This document shows positions 15,631-17,436 of a stretch of DNA of 17,436 nucleotides, in pieces. The translations under genes were made by a program, and so were the position numbers. Positions within the stretch are counted from its first letter, which is position 1; each line of letters begins with the position of its first letter. The notes under the pieces are model-generated. The model saw nothing but the letters and a program-made list of their open reading frames with translations. It did no database searches and was not told where the DNA came from. Source of the DNA: Dehalococcoidia bacterium (GTDB taxonomy: Bacteria > Chloroflexota > Dehalococcoidia > Bin125); assembly GCA_963555985.3 (NCBI GenBank), contig CAUVXV020000008.1, positions 1 to 17,436 on the forward strand, given 5' to 3'.

Positions 15631-16638
15631 ATGGTCGCCGCACGGCGTGACTTTGAAGAACTCTTGCTGGAGCACGGCTTCTCGCCCGAACGCGCCCACT
15701 ACTGGGCATCCGCGCTCGAACGCGCTGCTCATGCGGTCACGCAGGAGGAGTTCGAGGCTGGTCTCGAGCGGGCGATTGAGCGAATGACTGCGGTCATGCG
15801 CGAGGAGTTCGCCAAGCGCGATGTCGAAATTGCTGCGCTCAGGACCCAACTCCAATACCTCATCGATCAGCGTCAGGAGGACCTCGATCGCCTACAAGCC
15901 CAGCGTCATGAAGACCTGGAGCGCGGGCGCGCCGAGCGTCAGGAACTCATCGATCGCCTAAATGCGGAGCGTCAGGAGGACCTTGAGCGCAGACGCACGG
16001 AGCGCCAGGAAGACCTGGAACGCTCGCAGGCTGAGCACCAGGAATTCATCGATCGCCTAAATGCGGAGCGCCAGGAAGACCTTGAGCACTCGCAGGCCGA
16101 TAGCGAGCGCTTGCGCGCGGAGCGCCAGGAAGACCTCGAGCGCTCGCAGGCCGATAGCGAGCGCTTGCGCGCGGAGCGCCAGGAAGACCTCGAGCGCTCG
16201 CAGGCCGATAGTGAGCGCTTGCGCGCGGAGCGCCAGGAAGACGTCGAGCGCTTGCGCGCGGAGCGCCAGGAAGACCTGGAACGCTTGCAGGCCGATAGCG
16301 AGCGCTTGCGCGCGGAGCGCCAGGAGGACCTGGAGCGCTCACAGGCCGATAGCGAGCGCTTGCGCGCGGAGCGCCAGGAGGACCTGGAGCGCTCACAGGC
16401 CGATAGCGAGCGCTTGCGCGCGGAGCGCCAGGAGGACCTCGAGCGCTTGCGCGCGGAGCGCCAGGAAGACCTGGAACGCCTACGCATTCAACGCCAGGAA
16501 GACCTCGAACGTCTGCGTATCCAGCGCCAGGAGGACCTTGAGCGAGAGCGTGCCGCTCGCCAAGAGCGCCGCGCCATTGCTCTCGCCTTGGGCGGCACGC
16601 TGATCGCGCTACTCCTGAGAGTCTTCGGCGCGATCTAG
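15631..16638 (+). CDS. Coiled-coil tandem-repeat protein with C-terminal membrane anchor (DUF1640/CCDC90-like architecture)
   Basis: GGAGAGG RBS; short N-terminal head (LLEHGFSPERA), long RQEDLERL-type stalk, terminal hydrophobic AIALALGGTLIALLLRVFGAI. Confidence 0.82.
   Translation: MVAARRDFEELLLEHGFSPERAHYWASALERAAHAVTQEEFEAGLERAIERMTAVMREEFAKRDVEIAALRTQLQYLIDQRQEDLDRLQAQRHEDLERGRAERQELIDRLNAERQEDLERRRTERQEDLERSQAEHQEFIDRLNAERQEDLEHSQADSERLRAERQEDLERSQADSERLRAERQEDLERSQADSERLRAERQEDVERLRAERQEDLERLQADSERLRAERQEDLERSQADSERLRAERQEDLERSQADSERLRAERQEDLERLRAERQEDLERLRIQRQEDLERLRIQRQEDLERERAARQERRAIALALGGTLIALLLRVFGAI
15871..16545 (+). repeat. Intragenic 33-bp and 54-bp tandem repeats
   Basis: 11-aa RAERQEDLERL and 18-aa RAERQEDLERSQADSERL units, near-identical at DNA level from about 16063 to 16470. 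Confidence 0.95.
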
Positions 16639-16646
16639 TGCGGCAA

Positions 16647-17436
16647 TCAGTCCCCAGCCGCGGCCGAACCCTGACTCCGCACTGCCGTCACGCCCGAATC
16701 GTGCAGACGCTCGATGTCGGCCCAGTCGTAGCCCAGATCGAGCAGCGTCAACTCGGTGTCCTGACCCAGCTCTGGCGCGGCGCGTTTCACCTCAGTGTGC
16801 GTCTCCGAGAACGACACCGGGATACCCACGACCTTGTGATGCTCGAAGTGCGGGTGCTCCGCCTTTTGCAGGTAGCCGTTCAGCCAGAAATGCTCGTCTT
16901 CGTCGACTCCCTGATAGTCGTAGACGGGGCCGCAGGGGATGCGCTGAGCGATCAGCCGCTCCAGCCACTCGTCGCGGCCGCGCGTGAGGAAGGTCGCCTC
17001 CAACTCGCTGCGCAGCCACTCCTCGTTGTCGCGCCGTGCGAACGGATCGGTCGTGCGCTCGTCAGCCAGCAGGTCGGGACGTTCCAGGGCCTTGCACAGA
17101 CCCGGCCAAGACTTCGGGTCCAACAGTCCCATCGTCAGCCACTCGCCGTCGCCGGCCTGATACCACGAGAAGGTCGCACTGAACGAGCGTCCCGGCTTGA
17201 GCACGAACTGGTGCTGATTGTGCAGGTAGGCTTGCAACGACAGCGCCTGCAAGGTCAGCATTGCGCCCAACTGCGAGACGTCGATCTTCTGACCGACCCC
17301 GAAGCGCTCCCGCGCCAGCAAGGCCGTCATGATCCCGTAGGCGAACATGATCGAACCGGTCTGGTCTGCCAGACCCCATGGAGCAGTGATCGGCCGTTCG
17401 CCCGGCCCGCCGCCGAGTGCGACCATCGCGCCCGAC
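16647..17436 (-). CDS. CaiB/BaiF (family III) CoA-transferase, 5' end outside the window
   Basis: GLADQTG (catalytic Asp region), ALLARERFGVGQKIDVS, YQAGDGEW, IPCGPV, APELGQDTE..L..LGY. Confidence 0.93.
   Translation of the reverse strand, partial: SGAMVALGGGPGERPITAPWGLADQTGSIMFAYGIMTALLARERFGVGQKIDVSQLGAMLTLQALSLQAYLHNQHQFVLKPGRSFSATFSWYQAGDGEWLTMGLLDPKSWPGLCKALERPDLLADERTTDPFARRDNEEWLRSELEATFLTRGRDEWLERLIAQRIPCGPVYDYQGVDEDEHFWLNGYLQKAEHPHFEHHKVVGIPVSFSETHTEVKRAAPELGQDTELTLLDLGYDWADIERLHDSGVTAVRSQGSAAAGD

Noticed and set aside
15972-16603. Alternative-frame repeat ORFs or a CRISPR-like repeat
   Set aside because: These are in-frame coding tandem repeats without unique spacers; the other frames stay open only because the repeat lacks stops.

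Overview
High-GC bacterial window. Gene content and sequence style suggest Chloroflexota/Dehalococcoidia-like, which is inference only. Purine biosynthesis genes are split into purF-purM and purQ-purL, and no purS is visible. Between them lie a b6-type Rieske/cytochrome b operon (unannotated 43-aa membrane ORF, cytochrome b6 with the heme ci Cys, extended subunit IV, Tat Rieske protein, monoheme cytochrome c), two tandem paralogous desulforedoxin/zinc-ribbon-like microproteins missed by the ORF track, yqeY, a 7TM-HDIG phosphohydrolase and an orphan gene. The ends carry two divergent, probably leaderless, membrane-protein genes, a YccU-like CoA-binding gene, a tandem-repeat coiled-coil membrane protein and a partial CaiB/BaiF CoA-transferase. 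A CGTC-type REP family recurs after stop codons, including a 7-unit array. Three conserved genes each carry one single-base frameshift, most likely sequencing or assembly indels. No rRNA, tRNA, CRISPR or transposase was seen.
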